Source of the DNA: a virus
Lineage: Duplodnaviria > Caudoviricetes
Virus record (IMG/VR): IMGVR_UViG_3300049182_000071
Span: 1-33,717 of that record
DNA length: 33,717 nt
Direction: 5' to 3' (one strand)
In this document: positions 25,813-33,717 of the stretch, one piece after another
How the letters are laid out: each line of letters begins with the position of its first letter
How positions within the stretch are numbered: position 1 is the stretch's first letter
Notes under the pieces: generated by a model
Seen by the model: only the letters and a program-made list of their open reading frames with translations
The model's database searches: none
Told to the model about the DNA's origin: nothing
Translations under genes and position numbers: made by a program

Positions 25813-26679
25813 TTAGACGAACTTGATCTGGACGACCTTGTTCTCTTCGACGCGGATCGCGCCGACGGAGCCAGCCATCGAAACCTGCAGCGTGTCCTTC
25901 TTGTCGCCCCGGCGCTGGCTGTTGCCTTCGACGAAGCCGGTGCCGCGCACCAAGCCGGACTTGGACCACATGTAGGTGGTGTAGGTCGACGACACCAGGT
26001 CGATCGCCTCGTAAGGGATCCAGCTGATGCCCATCCACTTGCCGCTGATGTCGCCCTCATAGAGCAGCTTCACAGCCATGAAGTCGGCCGAGGTCAGCGT
26101 GGTGTCGCTGAGCACGTCCTCCATCATTTCGCTGTTGTAGCAACAGTAGAGGTCACCACCGAAGTCGACACCGTCAGCTTCGAAGGCGCGGAAGATCTTC
26201 TTGCCTTGGATGATCTTGGCCTTGGTGAAGCCGGTACCGCCGGCAGCGATCTTGTTGGCCGCGGCCAGGTCGGCCGTGGTGCCGTCCTTGTAGGTGACGG
26301 TGGCGCCCAGTGCCGTGAACAGGACCTTGTCCTTGCGGCGGTTCCACGCCATCTTCAACGCTTCCGGGTACGTGGTGCCGCCCGGGTTGGCCAGCATCTT
26401 CGGCTCGTCGGCGCGGTCCACCGGCAGCGCCTGGTAGAAGTCCTTCATCAGGCACACGCGGGTCGTGTGCGCGGCGTCCGACCAGTCGGTGTCGCCGTGG
26501 CGGACGGTGTTTTCCGGGGTGTCGGCGATGGCGCCGAGCTGGTTGTAGGTGAACGATTCACCCGTGATGGAGCCCTTGTCGGTCGAGGCCTTTTCGAGGC
26601 GGCTCGTGGACTGTTGGGCGAGGTGCTTGATCGTCGAGTCCCATTGCTGGACGAAAGCTTGCGTGATCGACATCGGCAT
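25813..26679 (-). CDS. Major capsid protein
   Basis: ITQAFVQQW...LAQQ..SRL, TSADF, G.WMG..W, GAIRVEE.KVV; follows the scaffold gene. Confidence 0.9.
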   Translation of the reverse strand: MPMSITQAFVQQWDSTIKHLAQQSTSRLEKASTDKGSITGESFTYNQLGAIADTPENTVRHGDTDWSDAAHTTRVCLMKDFYQALPVDRADEPKMLANPGGTTYPEALKMAWNRRKDKVLFTALGATVTYKDGTTADLAAANKIAAGGTGFTKAKIIQGKKIFRAFEADGVDFGGDLYCCYNSEMMEDVLSDTTLTSADFMAVKLLYEGDISGKWMGISWIPYEAIDLVSSTYTTYMWSKSGLVRGTGFVEGNSQRRGDKKDTLQVSMAGSVGAIRVEENKVVQIKFV

Positions 26680-26840
26680 GGTTGCAAAGCTCCGAAATTG
26701 ATTGACGAGATGTCCAATCGCCTTCGGGGTGCTCCGCTCATGCGGACCCGGTCTGACGCGCCTCTGGGCCGGCAGCAGCCAATGCAGAGGTAGCGGGCTT
26801 GCGGGGTGTTCCGCATCGCCAGCGCGGCCCGATGCCGCGC

Positions 26841-26873
26841 ACTATGCGAGCGCCCTACGGGAAAATCTTCCCG
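26841..26873 (-). promoter_or_regulatory. Putative late promoter for the capsid gene
   Basis: CGGGAAGATTTTCCC-N12-CATAGT at the start of the capsid leader. Confidence 0.7.
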
Positions 26874-27794
26874 TCAAGCTGGCGCGGTGCCGAATTCTTT
26901 CTCGAACGAGCGGCGAACCATCGAGCCGACGCGCTCGTGGTCGACGTGGCGCGGGTCGGTGTAGGCCGGGTGCGCCATCAGCTGGTCGCGCGACATGCCG
27001 TTGAACTGGCCCATGCCGTCGCCCTGGCCGGGTGACTTGTCCTCTGCCATCTCGCTGCCGACCGCGGCGGCCAGACGCAGGAACCACGGATCATTGCCAC
27101 TGGCTTCCATAGCGCGTTCGGCGTCGGCGCCAAGCAGGCTGCTCACAGCACGGAACGCGTGGCGGCCGTTGTCCTGCATTTCCTTCGGCGTGCGCCACAC
27201 CTCACCCAGCGCCGTCTTGCAGGCTTCGGCGCGCTGCTCAGCGGTCTGCTGGATCATGCCCGGGATGCGTTCGAGGTATGCCTTCACGACGCCATCAAAC
27301 TGCTTCTGCGACAGGCCGAGGCCGATCGCGTCTTTGCGGAACGCGGCCACACTCTCGTCGGCGTCCGGGTCCCATTGACCGGCCAGGCCTTCCGGCACCG
27401 TGACCTTGTACTCTTCGGGCGTCTTCGGCGGCGCGCCGTGCTCGCCCATGCGCTGGTGCAGGTTCTTGTACGCCTCGCCCAGCTTGGCGCTAGTGGCGGC
27501 CACATCCAGCGTTCCGTCGGCGGCTTTGACGTGGTACTGCTCGGGAATGCTGGCGGTCAGGTCAGGCTCCTTGCCGCCTTCGGCCTCTGCGCCAGCGGCC
27601 TCTTTGCCCATGTCCTTCAGGACGTTCGACGAGCCCGCGCCCGCAGCACCAGCGTCAGTTGCGCCAGCAGCCGCTGCGCCAGCGCTCGCCGCCGCTTCCG
27701 CGCCGCCAGCCGCCGCGGCGTCGCCAGCAGCTGCCGCACCAGTCGTTCCGCCGTCGGCTTCTTCCTGGTAGACATGGTGGTGCCTCTTGAACAT
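26874..27794 (-). CDS. Capsid scaffolding protein
   Basis: Ala/acidic N-terminus, PKTPEEY, GLSQKQ, GNDP.F.R, PAY.DP.H.DH. Confidence 0.85.
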   Translation of the reverse strand: MFKRHHHVYQEEADGGTTGAAAAGDAAAAGGAEAAASAGAAAAGATDAGAAGAGSSNVLKDMGKEAAGAEAEGGKEPDLTASIPEQYHVKAADGTLDVAATSAKLGEAYKNLHQRMGEHGAPPKTPEEYKVTVPEGLAGQWDPDADESVAAFRKDAIGLGLSQKQFDGVVKAYLERIPGMIQQTAEQRAEACKTALGEVWRTPKEMQDNGRHAFRAVSSLLGADAERAMEASGNDPWFLRLAAAVGSEMAEDKSPGQGDGMGQFNGMSRDQLMAHPAYTDPRHVDHERVGSMVRRSFEKEFGTAPA

Positions 27795-27796
27795 GG

Positions 27797-28039
27797 TCAG
27801 TTCTCCTTCGTGGGTTCGAGGTCGGTCACGGCTTCATGCCCGGCCGCCTGGTTGATGCGGAGGACGATAAAGTCCACCACGGCTTTGCGCCCAGCCCTGT
27901 AGTCGGTTTCGCGCTGCGCCTCCAGCGCACCGGGCACGTATGGATTGCCACCAAAGCGAGCGATCAGCTCTTCGAGGATCGCTGCGCCAATCTTGTGGTC
28001 TTCGAAAATCAGGGCGTATTCGGCCGGCGCCACAGGCAT
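27797..28039 (-). CDS. Bbp19-like small head-module protein
   Basis: Y..IF....G..ILEEL..RF and YRAGRKAVV..I; precedes the scaffold; GAGG RBS. Confidence 0.75.
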   Translation of the reverse strand: MPVAPAEYALIFEDHKIGAAILEELIARFGGNPYVPGALEAQRETDYRAGRKAVVDFIVLRINQAAGHEAVTDLEPTKEN

Positions 28040-28049
28040 TGGAAGACCC

Positions 28050-31000
28050 TCAGACGGGGATGGCACCGCGGTAGGCCGCGCCGAGCTTCCAGGCGTAACG
28101 GCGCTCGATATGGCGGCGATGCTCGTCGGTGGCTGTCTTGCTCAGGAAGATGCCGGGGCTCGGGCCGCCCCAGCCGTTGGCGCCGGTGGTTGTTGCACCC
28201 CAGCGCGTGCGGGTGATGCTGGCAATCGAGCCGACGGCTCCGGTGTTGGTCGTGCCCTCCTGAACGCCGTTGACGAACGCGCGCTTGTTGGCACCCACGC
28301 GCATGCCGCTGAGGACGACGGCCCGGTCATCGCAGGTCGTCACGCCCTGGCAATCGCGCAACACGTTGTCGTCGCCTCGCAGAGAGAACTGCGGCAGGTC
28401 CGTGGCCAACACGCCAAGGTACCCATTGCGCGCGGTGGAGCTGCTGTTGCCGCAGTTGAATATCACGCGGTTCGCGGCGCCTGTCGGCGGCCTCCCTCCG
28501 CTCACAACAATCATGTCGTCGCCGCTGGCGAAGTATGTCGTGCTGTGGTTCAGGTAGGTGTCAGCCGGGAAATTAAGCCCATAGCCGTTGACCAGCGCAA
28601 CCAGCGTGGGAGCGAGCAGTGGGTCGGTCTGGCTCCAGTAGCCGCCACCTACGGTCTCGGTGACGCGCAGGACCTTCTGGCCAGCGGCTGTCACGGGGAT
28701 CGTTCCAGCTTCATCCTGATAGCAGTTCGAGAAGTCGTCCAGCACGTCGGCATACGCGCTGCCCGCGGCGGCGGTGGCTGCGGCTGTTGCGGCCGCCTTC
28801 AGTGACGCGTTGGTGATCGTCATAAAGTATTCGAACACCGCCAACTCGGCCGCCTTCGGGGTCCAGTTGTTGGGGCCGCTGCCCGGGTAGGTTGTTTTGT
28901 AGTACAGCGCGTACGCCGTCGAGCTGCCGGTGTTCTGATGCCACTGCCACCAGGCGAACGGGATGCCGTGTGCGATATGCAGGAACAGCGCACCACACAT
29001 GGCCGTCAAGCCGATGTTCTCGGTGGTATCGGCGACGTCGTCGGCGTTGATGTCGCCGATGTCGTCGCCAGACTCGCGACCCACCTGCTGCTGCAATACG
29101 GCGATGTTGTTGGCATCGCGGAATGCCGCCACGATCTCAACGTTCGCAGCGATCGTTCCCTCGCTCGACACCTTGTTCGTCAGAAAGTCGGAGGTGACGC
29201 CGTAGTTGGACAGCTCCGGGATAACGATTTCGCTCAGGTGCGACAACCCGTAGCTGTCACGCGGGCCGATCAACACAGCCATGCGCGGGTCAACCGAGCG
29301 GTAGTTGGTGGCCAGGTCGAGATACATCGCGCGCAGCGGCGCGGCGTACGAAGAGTCAGAATCCCGCGGCAACGGCTCTGCCAGCAGTTCAACGTACGTC
29401 ACGTCATAGGCCAGCAGCTCGCGCGCCACGCGGCGCGACATGATCTTGTACTGCTCGTACTTGGTCAGGCCCTCGGCGCTGGCTTCAAAGAAGTTGGGGA
29501 TACCGACGCCAAGCCCACGGTTGCCGGCCCCGTTGTTGCTGTCTATGGCAACCCCGACTTTCAAGCCGGCCGAGCGCGCCCACGCCACCTTTTCAACCAG
29601 CTTTGCCAGGTGCAGCGGGTTGACGAAGTCGTCGTCGATGTTCGGGCTGTAAGCATCGATGCCGGTCTCGTAATCGTCACCCCACCACCGCGGCCCGACG
29701 ATGCGAACACCGCCAACACCAAGTGCAACGATGTCCTCCGCGTCGCCCTCGTAGTCCTCGTTCCAGGTGCCTTGGTTGACCCAGCGGATGTCAAGCACCT
29801 CGCCGGTGGAGCTCGATCGCCAGACCTTGCCATCGATCAGCGCGCGCTCCGGCAGGCTCAGAATCTGCGGGCCCTTGCGCATGATGGTGCCCAACGTCTC
29901 TGCCGCGCCGCGGATGTTGACGTTCGTGGTCATCGCCACGTCGGCCCAGCCGCCTTCCTGGCCGGCGCCCTTGTTGCTGTCGTCTGTCAAGCGGTAGTGA
30001 AGCGAGCCGTTGGAGAACCACAGGCCGTGGAACTTCGGGCTGTCTGTCATCGGGTTGGACATCGGCGAGGCTTCGCGGAACGTCGCGCTCTTGTCGACGA
30101 TGCAGCGATGAAAGCTCATGCCGTCGCAGCCAACCTGCGGCTTGATGCCGGCCATGGCGTAGAGGAAGGGCGCAATGTCGATATCGGAGACGGCCGCGTC
30201 GCAGGTGCCGCCGGCTTGGCCCGGCACGCGCACGCGCATCAGCATGGCCGAGCCGGAGCGATGCGGTGTGCCCTTGCCCTTAAGCCGCAACTCACCACTG
30301 GAGTGCGTGTTGTCGGTCTTCAGAATCACGACGGTGTTTTGATCCAAACCCAGCGTCACCAGCTTCTGAAAGATCAGGTGCAAGCCTTCGTCGAGCCCAC
30401 GCATCGTGCGCAGCGCTTGCGTGTGAGCGGCCCGCACTTCGGCAATGACGCTGGCATTCCACGGGGTCTCGGCAACGGAGCGGATCCATGAAGGAATGCC
30501 GAAGACCGTGCCATCCCTGCCGAACGATGCGTCCTCGGTCAGCGTCACGGAGGTGGCCTGGTGCCGGACTGGCGGGATTGCCTCGTTCTCTGGGTCGGAG
30601 CCGTCTTGGTGCGACGCCTTCGGTGCGTAGTACAGAACGAACGGTCGGCCAGAAGCGACGGCGTTCGTCAGGAACTCGCGCACACGATCGGCCTCGATGT
30701 CGGTGCAGTAGTCGGTGTAGCCGGTGTCGGTGTAGGCGGCGCGCGAGTCGTTCAGGTGGTGCACGCGAGCGGTGACCACGTTGCCGTTGTCGGTGGTGAT
30801 GTCGCCGGTTTCGTCCAGCTCCACCCAATCCAAGTAGCCAACAGGCCCCCACTGCAAGCGCTGGTAGTCAACGCCAGGCTGCCGGGCCTGCGTGCCAAAC
30901 GCCCCGCCGAAGCCGTTGAACCACTTGCCGATGGCGCCGGTGTAGTAGCCGTGCTTCTTGAGGTTGACAAGGAACGTCTGCGTCAGGTCGATGTTCGCGC

Positions 31001-31244
31001 CAGCGTCGTTGTCCCAGGCATGGTGCCGTTCGATGCGCCATCCCAGCAGCGCGGCGGCACGAGCCGGCGTGCAAAGCGGCATATTGCATGCGGCGTTCGG
31101 GAAAACGATGAAGTCGCTCGCCCAGTTCGCGTTGAACAGCGGGAACACCGTGGCGCCGAACCAATCCACCGGCGCGTCATCTGAGTTGATGACGAGGTAG
31201 TTCCACGCCTTGCCGTTGGGCGCAAGGATCGGCGGCGCAGCCAT
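28050..31244 (-). CDS. 1064-aa fusion: sulfatase + GH5-like TIM barrel + LamG/ConA-like domain
   Basis: Sulfatase: NYLVINSDD, LCTPAR, GYYTGAIGKW, PFVLYYAPKASH, NTVVILKTDN, DIAP. GH5-like: GVRI, GLKVGVAID, ELLAEP, IPFAWWQW. LamG-like: YQDEAGTIPVT, FVNG, IERRYAWK. GGAGG RBS. Confidence 0.88.
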   Translation of the reverse strand: MAAPPILAPNGKAWNYLVINSDDAPVDWFGATVFPLFNANWASDFIVFPNAACNMPLCTPARAAALLGWRIERHHAWDNDAGANIDLTQTFLVNLKKHGYYTGAIGKWFNGFGGAFGTQARQPGVDYQRLQWGPVGYLDWVELDETGDITTDNGNVVTARVHHLNDSRAAYTDTGYTDYCTDIEADRVREFLTNAVASGRPFVLYYAPKASHQDGSDPENEAIPPVRHQATSVTLTEDASFGRDGTVFGIPSWIRSVAETPWNASVIAEVRAAHTQALRTMRGLDEGLHLIFQKLVTLGLDQNTVVILKTDNTHSSGELRLKGKGTPHRSGSAMLMRVRVPGQAGGTCDAAVSDIDIAPFLYAMAGIKPQVGCDGMSFHRCIVDKSATFREASPMSNPMTDSPKFHGLWFSNGSLHYRLTDDSNKGAGQEGGWADVAMTTNVNIRGAAETLGTIMRKGPQILSLPERALIDGKVWRSSSTGEVLDIRWVNQGTWNEDYEGDAEDIVALGVGGVRIVGPRWWGDDYETGIDAYSPNIDDDFVNPLHLAKLVEKVAWARSAGLKVGVAIDSNNGAGNRGLGVGIPNFFEASAEGLTKYEQYKIMSRRVARELLAYDVTYVELLAEPLPRDSDSSYAAPLRAMYLDLATNYRSVDPRMAVLIGPRDSYGLSHLSEIVIPELSNYGVTSDFLTNKVSSEGTIAANVEIVAAFRDANNIAVLQQQVGRESGDDIGDINADDVADTTENIGLTAMCGALFLHIAHGIPFAWWQWHQNTGSSTAYALYYKTTYPGSGPNNWTPKAAELAVFEYFMTITNASLKAAATAAATAAAGSAYADVLDDFSNCYQDEAGTIPVTAAGQKVLRVTETVGGGYWSQTDPLLAPTLVALVNGYGLNFPADTYLNHSTTYFASGDDMIVVSGGRPPTGAANRVIFNCGNSSSTARNGYLGVLATDLPQFSLRGDDNVLRDCQGVTTCDDRAVVLSGMRVGANKRAFVNGVQEGTTNTGAVGSIASITRTRWGATTTGANGWGGPSPGIFLSKTATDEHRRHIERRYAWKLGAAYRGAIPV

Positions 31245-31245
31245 C

Positions 31246-32058
31246 TCAGCCTCCGATCCACCACACGCGCTGCAGGTGCAGCGTGGGGATCTGCGCCGCC
31301 GTCGACGTGAAGGCGACGGAGCCGGCCAGGCTGAGTGCAGTGGCTGTGTTCAGCGCCAGCGCAGTGATCTGCGTCGATGCGGGGCCGAACGACCCATACT
31401 CGGCGCCCGAAGCCCGGTTCGTCACGATCTGCACCGAGGCCGAATTCTGGTTGCGCACCTCGCGGCGGAAGTAGCGGCGCTCGCTCGTGCCGGTGGCCGT
31501 GTTACTCATGATGGTTGAGCCGCCGAACGTCACGGTCTCGGCCACGGTCAGCGGGTCGCCATCCAGGTTGACCAGCACATCCATCGCGATTGCACCGTTC
31601 AGGCCCATCAGGCCAGCCGGGATACTGACCGTCGTTAGGCTAACGCTGGATGATGTGCTTGATGCACCAACGGTCGGTGCCTTCAAGCCGTAGACCATCT
31701 GCATTCCACCGTCTGGCTGCCACTCCGAGCCGTCGAACATGCCAACCACGTTCGGGTTGTTGCCGATGTCGGTGAAGCGTTTGCGATCACCTACCGCACC
31801 AGTGCCGCGGTTCGCCCACAGCGAGGCAGGGAGATCGGCCGCATCGAGGCGTGACGTGATGTCCGTCCACGTCACGCCGTCGAAGTTGTAAACCAGCTTG
31901 TCGCCAACGTCGGTCAGTTGGTAGCAGGTATCGATGTTCAGCGCCGAGGCATTGGGCAACTGGGCTTCAAGAATCCGCGAGATCGTGAAGCCATTCATCG
32001 CTGAGACCAATGGCTGGACAACCCAGCCGGCGACCGTCAGTTCCGCATCGAGTCCCAT
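31246..32058 (-). CDS. Fibre-like virion protein
   Basis: AGGAG RBS 7 nt before ATG 32058; two TD[V/I]G...FDG..W repeats, then a beta-rich S/T-rich domain. Confidence 0.65.
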   Translation of the reverse strand: MGLDAELTVAGWVVQPLVSAMNGFTISRILEAQLPNASALNIDTCYQLTDVGDKLVYNFDGVTWTDITSRLDAADLPASLWANRGTGAVGDRKRFTDIGNNPNVVGMFDGSEWQPDGGMQMVYGLKAPTVGASSTSSSVSLTTVSIPAGLMGLNGAIAMDVLVNLDGDPLTVAETVTFGGSTIMSNTATGTSERRYFRREVRNQNSASVQIVTNRASGAEYGSFGPASTQITALALNTATALSLAGSVAFTSTAAQIPTLHLQRVWWIGG

Positions 32059-32060
32059 GT

Positions 32061-33671
32061 TCAAGCTCCTGCTTTGGCCATGCGCTGCCCGGCAGCGTCA
32101 ACCATGGTCTGTTGGGCCTGCATGGCCATTTGTTGCTGCTGCTCTTGCTGCTGCTGCTCGGCGCGCGCGGCCCGGGCCTTGGCGATCTTCTTGGTGTCGG
32201 GGATCAGGTGGCGCGGCACGCCAAGCAGCTCGGCTCGGTAGCGCTCGGCTGCGTCCCAGTCGTACTGGTCCATGACCTCTGGCCGGCCGGCTGCGGCTGC
32301 GGCTGCGAGCGACTGCTCATAACGGTCCATGGCGGCCACGTCTTCCAGGCGCTGGCTGCGCGCCATCGGGTTGATGAACCGCACATTGAACGGCTGGCCA
32401 GCGATCGAATCGGGTGGCGGGCTCATGGCGCCGCGGCGGTACTTGAGCATGAAGCAACGCACGACCAGCGCGGCCAGATACTCGGCCTGCAGGCGCCCGT
32501 ACGCAGGGCCCAACAGCTGGCGAATGAGCGCCACGCGGGTGTGGATCTCGGTCGCGGTGCGCACCGGGCCGTCCACGGGCCCGAGCTGGTCGGACATCAG
32601 GGTGCGGCGAATCGAGGCTTCGAGCCGCTCCTCACTGGACACGGCCAGGTTGAATTGCGCATTCGTGATGATCGGCTGGATGTTGTCGATGTCGGCAACC
32701 GCGTACAACTTGCCGGACTGCAGGCGCTTGATGCCGCCCACGTTCAGCACGCCATCGTCGGTGGCCTTCATCGGCGGCAGGATGCTCAGCGCGGCGGCCT
32801 GCTTCTCCATCGCCTTAAGCGTGTTCAGCTCGCGGGAGTCGGGCAGCGCGTCGAACATGCGGCCGACGGCGTAGCTACTGTTGGGCAGCAACTGCCAACG
32901 CGGCACCATCAGCGGGAACTCGTGGTAGCCACTCTCACGCACCAGGTGCTTGGTGGCCGTCTCGTACGTGCACGAGGCGAACGGCAAGTTGCGGGCGAGC
33001 CTGGCGCCTTCGCTGCCCGTCGTGCGCGGATAGATCAGCCGCACCAGCTGCACCTCGGTTTCGGGCTTCTCTTCGGCCAGCTTGGCGGTTGTGGCCGACA
33101 CGCTGCCGCCGAACTCCTTGACGCACTGCTCGGCGGTCATCATGTACTCACGGGCGATGGTGTCGACCGAGCCACCCAGACGAGACGAGCCGATGAAGCA
33201 CTGCGCCAGCGGCCACTCCTCGAAGAAGAATTCGCCGGTGTCTTCCTTGATGTCCACGAACAGCGGGAACCAGCCAAACACCACCAGGTCGAGCGCGCAC
33301 TCGTAATTGACCGAGTCGAAGTTCGACGCGTGGATGTCGGTGTGTAGCTCCTTGGCTTCGATGTCGAGCCAGGCCTTGCCCTCGTCGTCGGCGCCTTGCA
33401 CCTCGGTTTCGAACCATCGAGCACTGGCCGGAGTGGTGCCTCCAACGAATGCCGAGGCCAGCGTGCCGCAACCGTCCGTGGCCACGCCGTGCAGCAGCAT
33501 CGCCTGCTTGGTGGCCGCGGAATCTGCGGTGGTGATCGTGTCGCCAGACAGGCCGGCGCCGCGCAACGGGTAGCTGTGGTCGCTGCAGTCGCGCCAGGTT
33601 GCCTCATGCGGTTGCCGCGAGGTCTTCAGCGCCGTGACGCGGCGCATGATCCATGCGAGATCAGCGGCCAC
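32061..33671 (-). CDS. Portal protein (head-to-tail connector, T7/BPP-1 type)
   Basis: 536 aa; SNF, DLVVFG, VPRW, YAVG, RTATEI, LGP.YGRLQ.E, poly-Q C-terminus. Confidence 0.93.
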   Translation of the reverse strand: MAADLAWIMRRVTALKTSRQPHEATWRDCSDHSYPLRGAGLSGDTITTADSAATKQAMLLHGVATDGCGTLASAFVGGTTPASARWFETEVQGADDEGKAWLDIEAKELHTDIHASNFDSVNYECALDLVVFGWFPLFVDIKEDTGEFFFEEWPLAQCFIGSSRLGGSVDTIAREYMMTAEQCVKEFGGSVSATTAKLAEEKPETEVQLVRLIYPRTTGSEGARLARNLPFASCTYETATKHLVRESGYHEFPLMVPRWQLLPNSSYAVGRMFDALPDSRELNTLKAMEKQAAALSILPPMKATDDGVLNVGGIKRLQSGKLYAVADIDNIQPIITNAQFNLAVSSEERLEASIRRTLMSDQLGPVDGPVRTATEIHTRVALIRQLLGPAYGRLQAEYLAALVVRCFMLKYRRGAMSPPPDSIAGQPFNVRFINPMARSQRLEDVAAMDRYEQSLAAAAAAGRPEVMDQYDWDAAERYRAELLGVPRHLIPDTKKIAKARAARAEQQQQEQQQQMAMQAQQTMVDAAGQRMAKAGA

Positions 33672-33674
33672 GGG

Positions 33675-33716
33675 TCACACCAGTTGGGTGCGGGGACGGC
33701 CACCAAGCAGGCGATG
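33675..33716 (-). CDS. 3' end of the gene upstream of portal (partial)
   Basis: ...HRLLGGRPRTQLV* stops just before the portal start; too short to identify. Confidence 0.3.
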   Translation of the reverse strand, partial: HRLLGGRPRTQLV

Positions 33717-33717
33717 C

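Noticed and set aside
25786-25830. T7-like capsid frameshift extension
   Set aside because: No evident slippery heptamer before the stop; the next gene has its own AGGAG RBS.
7021-31244. A phage sulfur-assimilation pathway linking the PAPS-reductase-like gene and the sulfatase
   Set aside because: They lie in different operons and strands, no ATP sulfurylase or APS kinase is present, and this PAPS-reductase-like family is common in phages on its own.
32110-32160. CAG-rich repeat
   Set aside because: Ordinary poly-Q tail of this portal family.

Overview
This GC-rich 33.7-kb window is most of the genome of a temperate podovirus (BPP-1/T7-like structural module; host probably a betaproteobacterium, inferred from the tRNA fragment and GC content). 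The + strand (1-9726) carries early and accessory genes: a pentapeptide-repeat protein, a RecE-like exonuclease with a partner, Ead/Ea22-like mosaics, a PAPS-reductase-family protein, xis and a tyrosine integrase. An attP follows, holding the 3' half of tRNA-Leu(CAA) plus repeated arm sites, with phage genes on both sides, so this looks like the excised or packaged form. The - strand (33671-9924) is the late operon: portal, scaffold, capsid, decoration, tail adaptor and nozzle, ejection proteins, terS/terL, beta-helix tailspike and lysis genes. The standout is a ~4-kb two-gene cassette inside the head module. It encodes a fibre-like protein and a 1064-aa fusion of a Cys-type (CTPAR) sulfatase, a GH5-like TIM barrel and a phage LamG-like domain, a candidate virion-borne system for sulfated glycans. 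Also notable: a shared palindrome plus -10 late-promoter motif before the capsid and tailspike genes, a structured capsid leader, an antisense membrane gene among the ejection genes, and an anti-Shine-Dalgarno hairpin RNA. All product calls come from motif recognition by eye; no searches were run.
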